A stretch of DNA of 64,000 nucleotides from an uncultured Gemmatimonadales bacterium (GCA_963707505.1 CAVPQB010000004.1:288001-352000), one strand, 5' to 3'. Positions 10,668 to 21,935 are shown, counted from the first letter of the stretch. Notes: generated from the sequence alone by a model not told the origin. Program-made: numbers and translations.

Positions 10668-12215
10668 ATGCGCACGCTGTACGTGCTCTCGCGCGTGCTT
10701 CCATTCATCCTCTCGTTCCGGCGCGATGTGAGGCGCTGGATCGTGATCGGACGGCCGGCGAAGCGCTCGAAGTCGTTCCATGCGCGCCGCGCGGAACGCC
10801 TCGTTGCGACGATCGCCAAACTCGGGCCCAGCTTCGTCAAGATCGGACAGATTTTCGCCGGCCGCGCGGATCTCCTGCCAGAGCCCTACCTGAGCGCTGT
10901 GAGTACGCTCACCGACCGCGTTCCGGCCGTCCCGGTCGAGCAGATAGAGCAGGTAATTCTCGAAAGCTATGGCCGTCCGGTAACCGACTTGTTCACCGAC
11001 TGGCATCGCGTTCCGCTCGCGTCCGCGTCGCTCGGCCAGGTCCATCGCGCACGCTATCTCGACGTCGACGTTGTCGTGAAGGTGCTGCGCCCGCGCATCG
11101 AGCGAACCGTCGCATCCGATGTCAAGGCGTCCGACTTCATCCTTCGATGGGCTGAGCACTTCTTCCCAAATCCTCATGTGCTCGGATTGCGCGCAATACT
11201 CGCTGAGTTTGCGCGCAGAATCGGCGATGAGATGGACTTTCGCAAGGAAGGAGAATACGCCGAGCGCATCCGCAACAACTTCGCGTTCAATCCGAAAGTT
11301 GCGGTGCCGATAGTGTTCGCAGAGATGACGCGGCAACGCGCGCTGGTGCTCGAGTACATGGCCGGAACGCGCATCGACGCACTCGCACCGTTGATCGCGA
11401 GCGGCAAGGTCGATACCGAATATCTGGTGCGCACGGTGATGGAGCTGTACGTGCAGATGATGCTCGTCGATGGATTCTTCCACGCGGACCCGCACCCTGG
11501 AAATCTTCTGTGGGGCGACGACGGACGCATCGTCCTGCTCGACTTCGGGCTCGTCGTCGACGTTCCGCAATCGACGCGGCTCGCGCTGGTGCGCACTGTC
11601 TTCGCCGCAATCAAGAAGGACGCGTCAGGCGTCGTCGATGGCTTCTACGCACTCGGCCTCGTTCAGGAAGGTGTTGACCGGCACGTCATCGTGCGACTCG
11701 TGGAAACTCTGCTCGGCATCGCGTTCGAGCGCACCACCGCACAGGAACGGATCGAGTTCGTCGAGCGTGAGCTGCTCGCGGATCAGGTGCTCGAAACGCT
11801 GTACGATTTCCCCGTGATACTACCACCCGACATGGTGTACTTCGCGCGCACCGCTGCGCTCATCGAAGGACTCGGCGCTCGCTACGATGCGCGCTTCAAT
11901 GCGCTGCTCGTCGTCGCACCAATCGCCCTCAAGATGCGTCGCGAGATCCTGACATCGCTCGGTGAGATGGACCGGCTCGACGCCAGAGATCCAGTTCAGG
12001 TCTTCTCGGGCTTCCTTCGCGCAGCGGGCGGGATCGTATCGAGAGCCGCGCGCGAGCTCAGCATGGTGGCAATCGAAGCGATCAGCACGATCCAGCCGAG
12101 CCAGGAAATACGCTCCGCCCAGTCGAGATCTGCGAGCACGCGCCAGATAACGAGCGGTGCAGTGAATACGGTTGCGAGAGTGGAGGAGCCGGGATCGGGA
12201 GAGTCGCGTACGTAA
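10668..12215 (+). CDS. AarF/ABC1/UbiB family atypical kinase
   Basis: LGPSFVKIGQ, ASASLGQVHRA, VVVKVLRP, GFFHADPHPGN, LLDFGLV. Confidence 0.92.
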   Translation: MRTLYVLSRVLPFILSFRRDVRRWIVIGRPAKRSKSFHARRAERLVATIAKLGPSFVKIGQIFAGRADLLPEPYLSAVSTLTDRVPAVPVEQIEQVILESYGRPVTDLFTDWHRVPLASASLGQVHRARYLDVDVVVKVLRPRIERTVASDVKASDFILRWAEHFFPNPHVLGLRAILAEFARRIGDEMDFRKEGEYAERIRNNFAFNPKVAVPIVFAEMTRQRALVLEYMAGTRIDALAPLIASGKVDTEYLVRTVMELYVQMMLVDGFFHADPHPGNLLWGDDGRIVLLDFGLVVDVPQSTRLALVRTVFAAIKKDASGVVDGFYALGLVQEGVDRHVIVRLVETLLGIAFERTTAQERIEFVERELLADQVLETLYDFPVILPPDMVYFARTAALIEGLGARYDARFNALLVVAPIALKMRREILTSLGEMDRLDARDPVQVFSGFLRAAGGIVSRAARELSMVAIEAISTIQPSQEIRSAQSRSASTRQITSGAVNTVARVEEPGSGESRT

Positions 12216-13276
12216 ACGCGCACCGCGTGGCGCCGCTCGATTCTGATTCCACGCTGAATTGCCGAATCGAGTTGTGCGGAGTTCATCGCGCGCCAGTCCG
12301 GAATCTGCATCACGCTCCAGCCTGCGGCGGTGCTGCCGTAACCGTGATTATCCGATCCAGCGACGACCGCGAGATTCAGCGTATCCGCGAATCGAATGAT
12401 TGCTGCTCTGCGCTTCTGTATGACGCCGACCCCCTTTGGCGCCGCGTCGCTCAACTCGACAGCGTAGAGTCGCGCGAATCCGTGCTTTTCATTCTCGGGG
12501 ATCATGTCGATGTTACCGGGAATCGTGAGAATGAGCAGCGGTGCCGCGGCGGTTACGGCAAGTGCCGTGTCGCGTTCCGGATCGTGCCAGTTGCCCTTTG
12601 GATCTATCGCGAACGTCGAGTCGATTCCGATTGCGACTATGTGCTCGTACTGGTCGCGCGCTTCGAGCCCGGGGAGCAGGATAGTGCCGTCACCGGCGTG
12701 GGCAGGATTGCGCCGCATCCCGGCCAACGCGCCTGCAAGACTCTTGTGGTCAGTCACGTACGCGACATCGAACCCCGCGCCCGTATGCCAGGCGCGATTG
12801 CGCTCCGGCGTGAACCATGACCTTCCGTCCCACGAAGAGTTGGTGTGACTGTGAAAGTCGATCACGACGTCGTTGGGGTCGTGCATCATGATCGCTGCCA
12901 TCGGCCGCGGAATCACGGCCCCGGTCGCGTAAACGATCAGAATCACTCCCAGCGTCGCGAGTGCAATGCCAGCTTCACGAAAAATTGATGTGCGTACGGA
13001 CCGCGCGCGCAACACTCTCCAGGCGATGACGCAGAGGACCGCGGTCGCGAGCACGGCTGCGTGCTGTTGCAACGACAGCAACGTCAGAGCGTCCAGTACC
13101 GTGCAGATCGGTGCGAACATCGTGTACGCTGCCGAGTGGATGAGGGTCGCGTCTGGCGCCGGCAGCCCGGTCTCCGCGTTCAGGATCGGCGTCGCCCCGA
13201 CTATGGAGGTAGCGAGGACGAGAATGGCTGCGAAAGCAGCTACGATGAAGCCAATCGAGTTTTTTGAGGATCTCAC
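11996..13276 (-). CDS. PHP-domain membrane protein (metal-dependent phosphoesterase-like)
   Basis: N-terminal TM helices; DFHSHTNSSWDG, VTDH, PGLE, AGSDNHG; C-terminal TM helix. Start uncertain (GTG 13276 chosen). Confidence 0.75.
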   Translation of the reverse strand: MRSSKNSIGFIVAAFAAILVLATSIVGATPILNAETGLPAPDATLIHSAAYTMFAPICTVLDALTLLSLQQHAAVLATAVLCVIAWRVLRARSVRTSIFREAGIALATLGVILIVYATGAVIPRPMAAIMMHDPNDVVIDFHSHTNSSWDGRSWFTPERNRAWHTGAGFDVAYVTDHKSLAGALAGMRRNPAHAGDGTILLPGLEARDQYEHIVAIGIDSTFAIDPKGNWHDPERDTALAVTAAAPLLILTIPGNIDMIPENEKHGFARLYAVELSDAAPKGVGVIQKRRAAIIRFADTLNLAVVAGSDNHGYGSTAAGWSVMQIPDWRAMNSAQLDSAIQRGIRIERRHAVRVYVRDSPDPGSSTLATVFTAPLVIWRVLADLDWAERISWLGWIVLIASIATMLSSRAALDTIPPAARRKPEKT

Positions 13277-13402
13277 TGCCGGAAATCTATTTTGGCGATC
13301 GCGGCGCGGCGATTGCGATAGGGGTATCCGCGTCGCCGTGACAGCGAGTGGGCCGGCCGCCACGTAACTTAGACGCCATACCACAATGAAACGAGGAACC
13401 CA

Positions 13403-13777
13403 ATGAGACATCTGTTCGCTTCGCTAGCTGTAGCCGTCGCACTTGCTCCTGCTGCGCTAGCCGCGCAGAGCTTTTCCGCACCCACCGCACTCGTGCCGCC
13501 GTCACCGGCGCCGGTCGTTGCATCTGCCCCGGCGACTACCCCGTCGATGGTCCGGCCGGACGTAGCCGGCATCAGCGTCAAGGCCGACGCGAACGCCCCG
13601 CTCGCCGTCAACACGGCTGCCGCGGCCGGATTGCACCAGGGCGAGGGCGTCGCACTGATGGCAGTCGGCGGGGCAGGACTTGTCGCAGGTCTCTTGATTG
13701 GCGATAGCGCCGGAACGGCGATCGCGATCGGTGGTTTGGCTGTGGGATTGGTCGGACTGTACGAATACGTACGATAA
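13403..13777 (+). CDS. Small secreted/membrane protein with glycine-rich hydrophobic C-terminus
   Basis: GAGGA RBS, Sec signal ending ALA, Pro/Ala linker, glycine-zipper-like tail. Confidence 0.75.
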   Translation: MRHLFASLAVAVALAPAALAAQSFSAPTALVPPSPAPVVASAPATTPSMVRPDVAGISVKADANAPLAVNTAAAAGLHQGEGVALMAVGGAGLVAGLLIGDSAGTAIAIGGLAVGLVGLYEYVR

Positions 13778-13788
13778 ATCGTATCTGT

Positions 13789-13828
13789 AATTCGTCATTC
13801 CCGCTTTCGCGGGAATGACGAATTTTTC
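13789..13828. repeat. REP-like hairpin (CGTCATTCCCGC family), probably also a terminator between convergent genes
   Basis: Perfect 16-bp stem AATTCGTCATTCCCGC-TTTC-GCGGGAATGACGAATT running into a T-tract. Confidence 0.8.
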
Positions 13829-13830
13829 TA

Positions 13831-16365
13831 CTACACCGCCACCGCTAACGGCGCCTCTTCCTTCGCCGGCTCCAGTGCGTATTGCAGCACCTCGGTCAGC
13901 GTCTCCACCGGATGGAAGGTCAGCTGCGACCTCACTTCATCCGGAATGTCGTCGATGTCCGGCTCGTTTGCCTTGGGCAGGATGATGTGCTTGATGCCGG
14001 CGCGGTGAGCACCGAGCACCTTCTCCTTCAAACCGCCGATCGGCAATGCGCGACCACGAAGTGTGATCTCGCCCGTCATCGCAACGTCGCGACGTACCGG
14101 ACGGTCACTCATCTCGGAGACGAGCGCTGTCGCAATCGCCAGTCCGGCACTCGGTCCGTCCTTCGGAATTGCTCCCGCAGGAACGTGAATGTGCGCTTCA
14201 ATAGATCCAAGTCTGTCCTTCGGAATTCCAAGTCGTGCTGCGTTGTTGGTTGCGTAAGTAAACGCCGCACGTGCTGACTCCTTCATGACGTCGCCCAGCT
14301 GACCCGTGAGGATGAGCGACACCGCGCCGCCCACTCCTGCGGTCTCGACACTGTCGTTCGAGCGGTTTCCGTAGAAGCGCCGTATCGACGCCTCGACGAA
14401 CATGATGTCCCCGCCCATCGGCGTGTAGTACATACCCGTCGCGACACCAACCTCGTTCTGTGCCTGGATATGCTCCGGATGCACCTTCGGTCTTCCGAGT
14501 AGAGTGCGTACCTCGTCGGCATCGACGACCTTCGGCACTTCGTCGTTGCTCGCGATCTTGCGTGCGAGTTTCCGCGCAACCGCGCCGATCTGACGCTCGA
14601 GCTGACGAACGCCAGCTTCACGAGTGTAGTTCGACACGACCGACATCACCGCATCATCGGTGAACTCGATTCCCTTGTCGTTCAGTCCGCTTTCCTCGAG
14701 CTGCTTCGGAAGCAGATACTTCTTAGCGATCTCCGCCTTCTCACGCTCGGTGTAGCCGGCAAAATCGACGACTTCCATGCGATCGAGCAGCGGACCTGGG
14801 ATGTTCTGAATGAAGTTCGCTGTCGCGATGAACAGCACCTCGCTCAGATCGAACGGGATGTTGAGATAGTGATCGGTGAACGTGTCGTTCTGCGCTGGAT
14901 CGAGAACCTCGAGCAGCGCCGACGACGGATCACCCTGATACGACACGCCAAGCTTGTCCACCTCGTCCAGCAGGAAGACAGGATTCCTGGTTCCAGCCTG
15001 CTTCATCCCCTGTAGGATTCGGCCGGGCATTGCACCGACGTACGTGCGACGGTGACCGCGGATATCAGCCTCGTCGCGCGCTCCGCCCAAGGCGATGCGC
15101 ACGTACTCGCGATTGAGCGAGCGGGCGATCGATTTCGCGATCGACGTCTTGCCGACGCCGGGCGGTCCGACGAACAGAAGAATCGGTCCCTTCGCCATCG
15201 CACGGGACTTGACCTCCTTCTCATCCGTGATCGACTCGGCCTCAGGCTCCTCGCCGAGTGACGGCGTTGCCTCGTCCTTCTCGACACGCAGCTTTTCCGC
15301 AGGTACGGCGCCAGTCTCCTTGACCTCCTCGGCGAGCTGCTGTGCCCTGAGCTGACGAACCGCCAGGAATTCGAGCACGCGATCCTTCACGTCCTGCAGC
15401 CCGTAGTGATCCGCGTCCAGAACCTCGGTCGCATGCTTGAGGTCGAGGTCGTCGTTCGAACGATCGTTCCAGGGGAGCTCGGCAATCCATTCCAGATAGG
15501 TACGGATGACCTGGGCTTCCATGGACTCGCGTCCGGACCGCTCGAGTCTGCCGAGCTCGCGCTCGACTTCGGCTCGGCCTTCCTTTGGCAGATGGAGCTT
15601 GGATAGTTTCTCCCGGAGCTCCTCGACTTCCTTGGACGAGTCTCCGTCGCCCAACTCCTTCTGGATCGCCTTCATCTGCTCGCGGAGGTACATCTCGCGC
15701 TGCCGCTCGCCCAGCTCTTCCTGGACCTGTGACTTGATGTCCTCCTGGGCCTCGAGCATCTCGATCTGGCGCTGCACCTGAACCAGCACGCGGCGCAGGC
15801 GCTCCTCGACGCTCAGTGTCTCGAGCAGACCCTGCTTTTCCGCGACGGGTAGATCGATGTAGCCGGCCACGAGGTCGGCGAACCGCCCTGGCTCGGTGAC
15901 CGATTCCAGGACCTGATGGACGACCTCTTCAGGGAGGCCGCGCTTCTCACCCAGCTCGCCGGCCCGCTCCCGGGTTTCCTTTTCCAGCGCTTCGAAGGCG
16001 GCGTCATTCTCGTCCACCGGGTTCATCTCCTCGGCGGGAACGACCACGGCGCTCAGGAAGCCCTCGGTCGTGGTGTACTGCAGGGCGGTTGCGCGCTGCT
16101 CGCCCTGGAGCAGGAGCTGGACACCGCCCAGGCCGCGCTGGATCTGCCCGATCCGGGCGATGACGCCCATAGAGTAAAGGATGTCCGCCGTGGGCTCATC
16201 GCTGTTATCGCGCTGCGCGACGGCGAAAACGAGCCGGTCGGCCTTGAGGGCTGACTCGATTGCTCGCAAGGTTCCCGGGCGACCCGCCGAGATGGGCGAG
16301 GTGAGGCCTGGGAACATGACCGTTCCTCTCAAAGGAAGAACGGGAATAGTCTGACGTTGTGCCAT
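13831..16365 (-). CDS. lon: ATP-dependent Lon protease
   Basis: [51 protein letters not shown]. Confidence 0.97.
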   Translation of the reverse strand: MAQRQTIPVLPLRGTVMFPGLTSPISAGRPGTLRAIESALKADRLVFAVAQRDNSDEPTADILYSMGVIARIGQIQRGLGGVQLLLQGEQRATALQYTTTEGFLSAVVVPAEEMNPVDENDAAFEALEKETRERAGELGEKRGLPEEVVHQVLESVTEPGRFADLVAGYIDLPVAEKQGLLETLSVEERLRRVLVQVQRQIEMLEAQEDIKSQVQEELGERQREMYLREQMKAIQKELGDGDSSKEVEELREKLSKLHLPKEGRAEVERELGRLERSGRESMEAQVIRTYLEWIAELPWNDRSNDDLDLKHATEVLDADHYGLQDVKDRVLEFLAVRQLRAQQLAEEVKETGAVPAEKLRVEKDEATPSLGEEPEAESITDEKEVKSRAMAKGPILLFVGPPGVGKTSIAKSIARSLNREYVRIALGGARDEADIRGHRRTYVGAMPGRILQGMKQAGTRNPVFLLDEVDKLGVSYQGDPSSALLEVLDPAQNDTFTDHYLNIPFDLSEVLFIATANFIQNIPGPLLDRMEVVDFAGYTEREKAEIAKKYLLPKQLEESGLNDKGIEFTDDAVMSVVSNYTREAGVRQLERQIGAVARKLARKIASNDEVPKVVDADEVRTLLGRPKVHPEHIQAQNEVGVATGMYYTPMGGDIMFVEASIRRFYGNRSNDSVETAGVGGAVSLILTGQLGDVMKESARAAFTYATNNAARLGIPKDRLGSIEAHIHVPAGAIPKDGPSAGLAIATALVSEMSDRPVRRDVAMTGEITLRGRALPIGGLKEKVLGAHRAGIKHIILPKANEPDIDDIPDEVRSQLTFHPVETLTEVLQYALEPAKEEAPLAVAV

Positions 16366-16565
16366 GATGGAATTATCGGATTCGTCGTGGACGCCGAGCG
16401 GCAGTTGATCGAGTGATCTGATCGAGTCTGCCATTTGGCGCAAACCGTGAGCCGTATCGCGTGTCTAACGCGCAACGGCCCCGATGACGCTAAATTGCAT
16501 ATTCCGCGCACCAAGTTCCACGCCAGCACGGCAGGATTCTTTATGGTAGCATGCCGGTCTGACGT

Positions 16566-18525
16566 ATGACCGAGCCCGAAAGTCTGCCAAACCGGCCTGA
16601 CGATGCGCTACGCGCACAGTTGGGTCGGGTGCTCGAGGCCAACTACGAGCTCGATCAGGAGATCGGCCGAGGAGGCATGGGCATTGTTTACCGTGCCCGC
16701 GATCGCCGACTCAAACGTCTCGTTGCTGTAAAGGTTCTTCCGCCCGACCTCGCGTATCGTGCGGATATTCGTTCGCGCTTTCTGCGCGAGGCGGAAACAT
16801 CTGCACAACTAAGCCACCCGTCGATCGTTCCCATTTATACGGTCGAAGAAGCGGACAATCTCGTCTTCTTCATCATGGGATACGTCAACGGGGACACGAT
16901 CGCGCAACGCCTGCGGCAGCGCGGCCCAATGGCTCCGGAAGAAGCGCGCCGGATTCTGTGTGAAGTCGCCGACGCGCTCGCATACGCGCAACGCGCGCAA
17001 TGTTGTACACCGGGACATCAAGCCGGATAACATCCTGCTCGATTCCGATAGCGGTCGTGCGATGGTGACGGATTTCGGAATCGCGCGCGCGGTGAGCGAA
17101 GGCAATGATACGCGTCTCACTACTACCGGTCTCGCGATCGGAACGCCGGCCTACATGTCGCCGGAGCAGTGCGCGGGCGATCGCGGCGTGGATGGCCGGA
17201 GCGACATTTATTCCCTGGGTGTCGTTGGTTATCAGATGCTGTCGGGCGATCTCCCGTTCGTCGCATCGAACACGCCCGGCATGTTCGTGAAGCATCTCAC
17301 GGAACAACCCCGCCCGATCGGCGAGCGCGTGCAGGACCTGCCCGAAGACCTCGGCGCGATCATCATGCGTTGTCTTGCGAAGGAGCCGAGTGATCGGTTC
17401 GCGACAGCGACGGCACTCGTGGATGCGCTCAACGGACGGACGCAGACGCTCGGTGTTCCGTCCAATTCCCCATACCAGCCGCGTCCCGCGGCGGAGCCGA
17501 TCCGCACGCAACAGATGAGCCGGCCGCAAACGCCGGTTCGGCCCACTTACAATCCGTCGCGCGCCGTGGAGATGGCGCGCTGGGAAGCGCAGCCGGTTCG
17601 TGCGTATCGCAAGAAAGTCATAACATGGCTCGCCGTCAGCGCCGCGTTCATACCGCTCGGCATTTTCGGTGACCATTCATTCTTCTTCATAGATGCCGTC
17701 TGGGGTGCGACGATAGCCGTCGGCTACTCCAAGCTGTGGAATCGCGGCTATGATTGGCGCGACGTGTTTCGCCAGCCGCGCGATGCGCTCTTCGCCGACG
17801 TGGTGAACGAGCGGATCGACGATGCGCGCGCGCTGTTCGATCCACAGAAGCGCGAGATCGCGCGCGAGCGTCTGCGTGCGCGCATGCGCGACGGAAGTGG
17901 CCTCACGTCCTTTTCGCCGATGCCGTCCGGTCTGGCGCCGGGACCCATGCAGGGAATGACGGGATTTCACTCCACCATTTCTGCAGACGTCGTCGAGCGC
18001 TACCCGATCGTGCAGGAAGCAGCCGTTGCACGGGCGGACATTCAGCGAATGATGAACGGGTTGTCGGATGAAGAGCGCAAGCTCGTTCCGGATGTGGCGT
18101 CATCCGCGGACTCACTGTACGTCCGCATCGAGCAGCTGGTATCCGCGATCGACAACATGGACCGCGCGAACGTGCCCGGAATGGGTGACGCGATCGAGCG
18201 CGAGATCAGCGAGCTGGAAGCGGAAGCAAATCCGCTGGAGGAAGAGGCGAGCGAGGGACGCGTGCGTCGACTGGTACAGCTTCGCCGGCAACGCGTGTCG
18301 CTGCGCGAGATGCGCAACCGGCGCGGAGCGGCAGACAACAAGTTGAACCGCGCGATCAGCGCGATGCGGCAGCTTCGCATGGATGTCGGCCGTCTCTCGA
18401 CCGGCACGCGCTCATACGACAGCGTTACGCAGGTTGCGGAACAGGCGGTGGCGATCGGAAAGGAAGTCGATGCCGTACTGTACGCGCAGGACGAGATGGC
18501 GAGAGTCCTCCGGCGTGATAGCTGA
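16566..18525 (+). CDS. Hanks-type Ser/Thr protein kinase with TM hairpin and C-terminal coiled coil; one +1 indel ~16990
   Basis: GRGGMGIVY, VAVK, HRDIKPDN, TDFGIA, GTPAYMSPEQ across two frames. Confidence 0.9.
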
Positions 18526-19738
18526 TCGGCGCACGAGCGCCGTTCTCTCATTGAATGCGCGGACGGGAATTGGGTTGATCGTTGGATTCGCGCTGGTGTC
18601 GCTCGCCGCCTGCGGCGAGCCAGCGCGATCTGCAACCACCAGTGAGTCTGCCTCTGCATCGGCGCCAGCCGCTCGCACTCACGATGCTGCGGCCGCGAAG
18701 GATTCGGTGCTGCATCCTGATACCGCTCCGACTCCCGTCACATACGTGTCGCATCCGGATACGTTGCGCGGGCTGTATGTCAATCGCTGGGCGGCACTCG
18801 GCAACAGCATGTGGAAGTTGATCGACATCGCGAAGCGCACCGAGATCAACGCGCTCGTCATAGACGTAAAGGACGATCGCGGCCTTGTGCTGTACAAGTC
18901 GCGCGTGCCGCTCGCGCAGAAGATCGGCGCGGATACCAACCGGCCGATGTCACAGCGCCGCCTGACCGCGCTGTTCGACTCGCTGCGCGCGAACAACATC
19001 TATCCGATCGCTCGTATCGTAGTCGCGAAAGATCCGCTACTCGCCGGCCAGAAACTGGAGTGGGCGATCAAGCGCCGCGCCGACGGCAAGCCGTGGCTCG
19101 ACAAGAACGGACATCCGTGGCTCGATCCGACGCAGCCCGCTGTGTGGCAATATGCGATCGATCTCGCGCGCGAGGCGCACGACGTTGGTTTCAGTGAAGT
19201 GCAGTTCGACTATGTGCGTTTTCCCGATGACGATCGCATGGTGCGCGAGGCGTCATTTCCACTCGCACATGGTCGCACGCGCGCGCAGGTGATTCACGAT
19301 CAGCTCGGCGTCGTGCGCGATTCACTCAAAGCGGATAACATGCCGATGACGATCGATGTCTTCGGACTTACCGCGACCGATACGACCGACATGGGAATCG
19401 GGCAACGGTGGGAAATGTTCATCGATCGCGCCGATGTAGTCCTTCCAATGGTCTATCCCTCTCACTTCGCGCCCGGCACATACGGGCTCGGCAGCCCGAA
19501 TGCGCATCCATACGCGACTATCGATCGCGCGCTCAAGGACATGAAGCGACGAACGGCTGGACTGAAGAGCGCAGCCGCGATAGTGCCCTGGTACCAGGAC
19601 TTCACACTCGGGCCGCCCGCGTATGGCGCATCGCAAGTCAGAGCCCAGATCAAGGCCGGTTACGACAACGGCTTCCATAGCTGGATCCTCTGGAATCCCG
19701 GCAGCAAATATCATACTGACGCGCTCGAGGCGAGGTAG
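18515..19738 (+). CDS. Putative glycoside hydrolase lipoprotein (DUF4015-like)
   Basis: Lipobox LAAC; RGLYV, NALVIDVKDDRG, IYPIARIVVAKD, EVQFDYVRFP, PMVYPSH, PWYQDF. Start uncertain. Confidence 0.8.
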   Translation: MIADRRTSAVLSLNARTGIGLIVGFALVSLAACGEPARSATTSESASASAPAARTHDAAAAKDSVLHPDTAPTPVTYVSHPDTLRGLYVNRWAALGNSMWKLIDIAKRTEINALVIDVKDDRGLVLYKSRVPLAQKIGADTNRPMSQRRLTALFDSLRANNIYPIARIVVAKDPLLAGQKLEWAIKRRADGKPWLDKNGHPWLDPTQPAVWQYAIDLAREAHDVGFSEVQFDYVRFPDDDRMVREASFPLAHGRTRAQVIHDQLGVVRDSLKADNMPMTIDVFGLTATDTTDMGIGQRWEMFIDRADVVLPMVYPSHFAPGTYGLGSPNAHPYATIDRALKDMKRRTAGLKSAAAIVPWYQDFTLGPPAYGASQVRAQIKAGYDNGFHSWILWNPGSKYHTDALEAR

Positions 19739-19904
19739 TCTTAAATCTCTAAGTCGTTGTGAATAAAGAACATAGCATGCTACCCCCTGGCATTTGCTGG
19801 AAAAGGCGCTATTATTGCCGCGCGGGACGCATATGGGCGCTAACCGGCCGGAACGTTCGAGGCGCGGATGCATCTGCCCCTCAAACCCCAAATCGTGAGC
19901 GCGT

Positions 19905-21038
19905 ATGGCCGAGCTGACGTCCGCTGCCCCGGAAGCCGAAACCGGTTCGACTGAACCAACCGAGCCGTCGATCGAGTTTCCACTCGATTGGCTTCTCGAT
20001 CATGCCGCACCGCCGATCCAGTATCGCGCGTTCGTCGACGTCGCGCGACTTCCCCCAGGGCCAAAGCTCGAAACGCTGTCACTAGCGTCGCCGTACGCCA
20101 TCAAGGTCGCGGTTACGCAATCGCTGGACGGAACGTGGAGCGAGCGGATGCTCACACTTCCCAAAGCCGGCAAGGATGGGGTGCAGGGACTCGGCACCAT
20201 CCCGGCGGTCGAGCGCCTGCTGGAATACGGATGGCATCGCGATTCTCCACCACTGGCGCAAGCTCGGCGACCACTCTTTCGTCTTCTGGCAGAAGACACC
20301 GATCCGCGCTTTCTGTACGAGCTGCGTGCGAGCGCGAAGGTGCCCGACATAGCGCTGCGTGGTCGCCAGATTCTGCGTGAGGCGTCGTCCGCTGCGCTTG
20401 CGCACGCCGGCTACGAAGCAGATCCGCGTCTTCGCGGCTCCGCACGTCGCGCGATGGAGCGCATCGATGCGTACCTCGACTCGGCGCTCGCGGATAAGCC
20501 GTGGGTCCGGATCGGAAACCGCCACGTTCTGGCGGAGAGTGCGTCGCCACCTTCGATATATGCGCTGATGATGGTCGCACACATGCCCATCTTCCGAAGC
20601 GAGCACTATCCGGAGATGGAGCGGCTCTACGCGTATCTGTCGCAGCCCAAGCCGACGCAGGAAGCTGTGCAGATGTACGGTAAGGAGATCGTCACGCAGC
20701 CGCATCTTGTGATGGGTGATCTTCTGCACAACAAGAACGTCGTCGACGCAGACATTCCTTTCGCCCTGACGTGGCTCGAGATCATGGCGCGACTTGGCTT
20801 TCTCAAGCGGAACGAAACCTGGCTCAAGCTGTTCGAGCGTTTCGTTGACGACTGCGGGCGGGATCGCGTATGGCGGCCGCACAACAAGGGGACGACTGGA
20901 CCAACCACTACCAATCCGTACGCGTGGCCCAAGTTCCCACTCGAGACGAATCTCGAGGGAGATGGGCGTTGGACCGACGTGACGTTCCGGATCGGTCTCA
21001 TCGCACGACTTCTGGGTTGGCAGATCAAGCTGGTCTGA
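19905..21038 (+). CDS. Hypothetical cytoplasmic protein, helical and Trp-rich
   Basis: 377-aa ORF with genome-typical codon usage filling the gap between genes; no motif recognised. Confidence 0.75.
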   Translation: MAELTSAAPEAETGSTEPTEPSIEFPLDWLLDHAAPPIQYRAFVDVARLPPGPKLETLSLASPYAIKVAVTQSLDGTWSERMLTLPKAGKDGVQGLGTIPAVERLLEYGWHRDSPPLAQARRPLFRLLAEDTDPRFLYELRASAKVPDIALRGRQILREASSAALAHAGYEADPRLRGSARRAMERIDAYLDSALADKPWVRIGNRHVLAESASPPSIYALMMVAHMPIFRSEHYPEMERLYAYLSQPKPTQEAVQMYGKEIVTQPHLVMGDLLHNKNVVDADIPFALTWLEIMARLGFLKRNETWLKLFERFVDDCGRDRVWRPHNKGTTGPTTTNPYAWPKFPLETNLEGDGRWTDVTFRIGLIARLLGWQIKLV

Positions 21039-21064
21039 TCCCGGGGAGAATCCCGCCGGAGAAA

Positions 21065-21928
21065 ATGTTTCCGGCGGGTGATTCACGCTTCACCACCTCA
21101 TACCACACGCTCCCACTGAAAACCGGAGCGACGACGGTTCGCGTGATCGAGACTGGCGACGCGAGCGCGGAGCGTGTAGTCGTGTGCGTGCACGGATGGG
21201 CATGCTCTGTCTATTCGTTTCGCAGGCTGATGCCACTGTTGGCTGGTGCCGGATTGCGCACAATCGCGATCGATCTGCCGGGGCACGGCCTTTCGGACAA
21301 GCCCGGGGACGCGCGTGTGTACACGCTCGACGCGCAGGTCGAATGCGTCCTGTCGGCGATGGATTCGCTGGGAATCGCGCGCGCAATACTTGTCGGGCAT
21401 TCGATGGGCGGCCCAATCTGCGCGCGAGCGGCAGTGCTCGCGCCGGATCGCGTTACTGGCCTGGCGCTGCTCGCACCGGCCGGATTCGGCACGGAGTGGG
21501 AGCTCAGGATTCTCCGCGCAATCACGCCGCGCCTTGTCGCGCCGGCATTACCGCGGCTGTTGCACAGAGGGATGATCGCGGCGGTTTTCGCGGTGGTCTA
21601 TGGGAGTCTCTATCGGCCGACCGCGCACGATGTCGATGAGTACTGGGCGCCGAGCCAGTTCCCGGGGTTCGTGCCCGCCATGTGGGATCTGCTGCACCGT
21701 TTCGAGTGGAGCGCCGGAACCGACTGCGGCTTTGGGACCATTTCTGCACCAACGGCGATAATGGATGGCCGGCGCGACAATCTGGTGATCCGGAGATGGG
21801 TACGACGCTACGTGGAGGTGCTGCCGCACGCCTCTCTGACAGTGATCGACGGTTGCGGCCATGTGGTGCCAGAGGAAGCCCCGGACCTGGTAACTCAAGC
21901 AATCAAGGGGCTGATTGGTTATATTTAG
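21065..21928 (+). CDS. Alpha/beta fold hydrolase
   Basis: VHGW, DLPGHG, GHSMGG nucleophile elbow, GRRDN, CGHVVPEE. Confidence 0.92.
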   Translation: MFPAGDSRFTTSYHTLPLKTGATTVRVIETGDASAERVVVCVHGWACSVYSFRRLMPLLAGAGLRTIAIDLPGHGLSDKPGDARVYTLDAQVECVLSAMDSLGIARAILVGHSMGGPICARAAVLAPDRVTGLALLAPAGFGTEWELRILRAITPRLVAPALPRLLHRGMIAAVFAVVYGSLYRPTAHDVDEYWAPSQFPGFVPAMWDLLHRFEWSAGTDCGFGTISAPTAIMDGRRDNLVIRRWVRRYVEVLPHASLTVIDGCGHVVPEEAPDLVTQAIKGLIGYI

Positions 21929-21935
21929 TATCAAA

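Noticed and set aside
16510..16530. Sigma54-like CTGGCGTGGAACTTGGT on the minus strand upstream of lon
   Set aside because: The -12 element is GG rather than GC; too weak to call.
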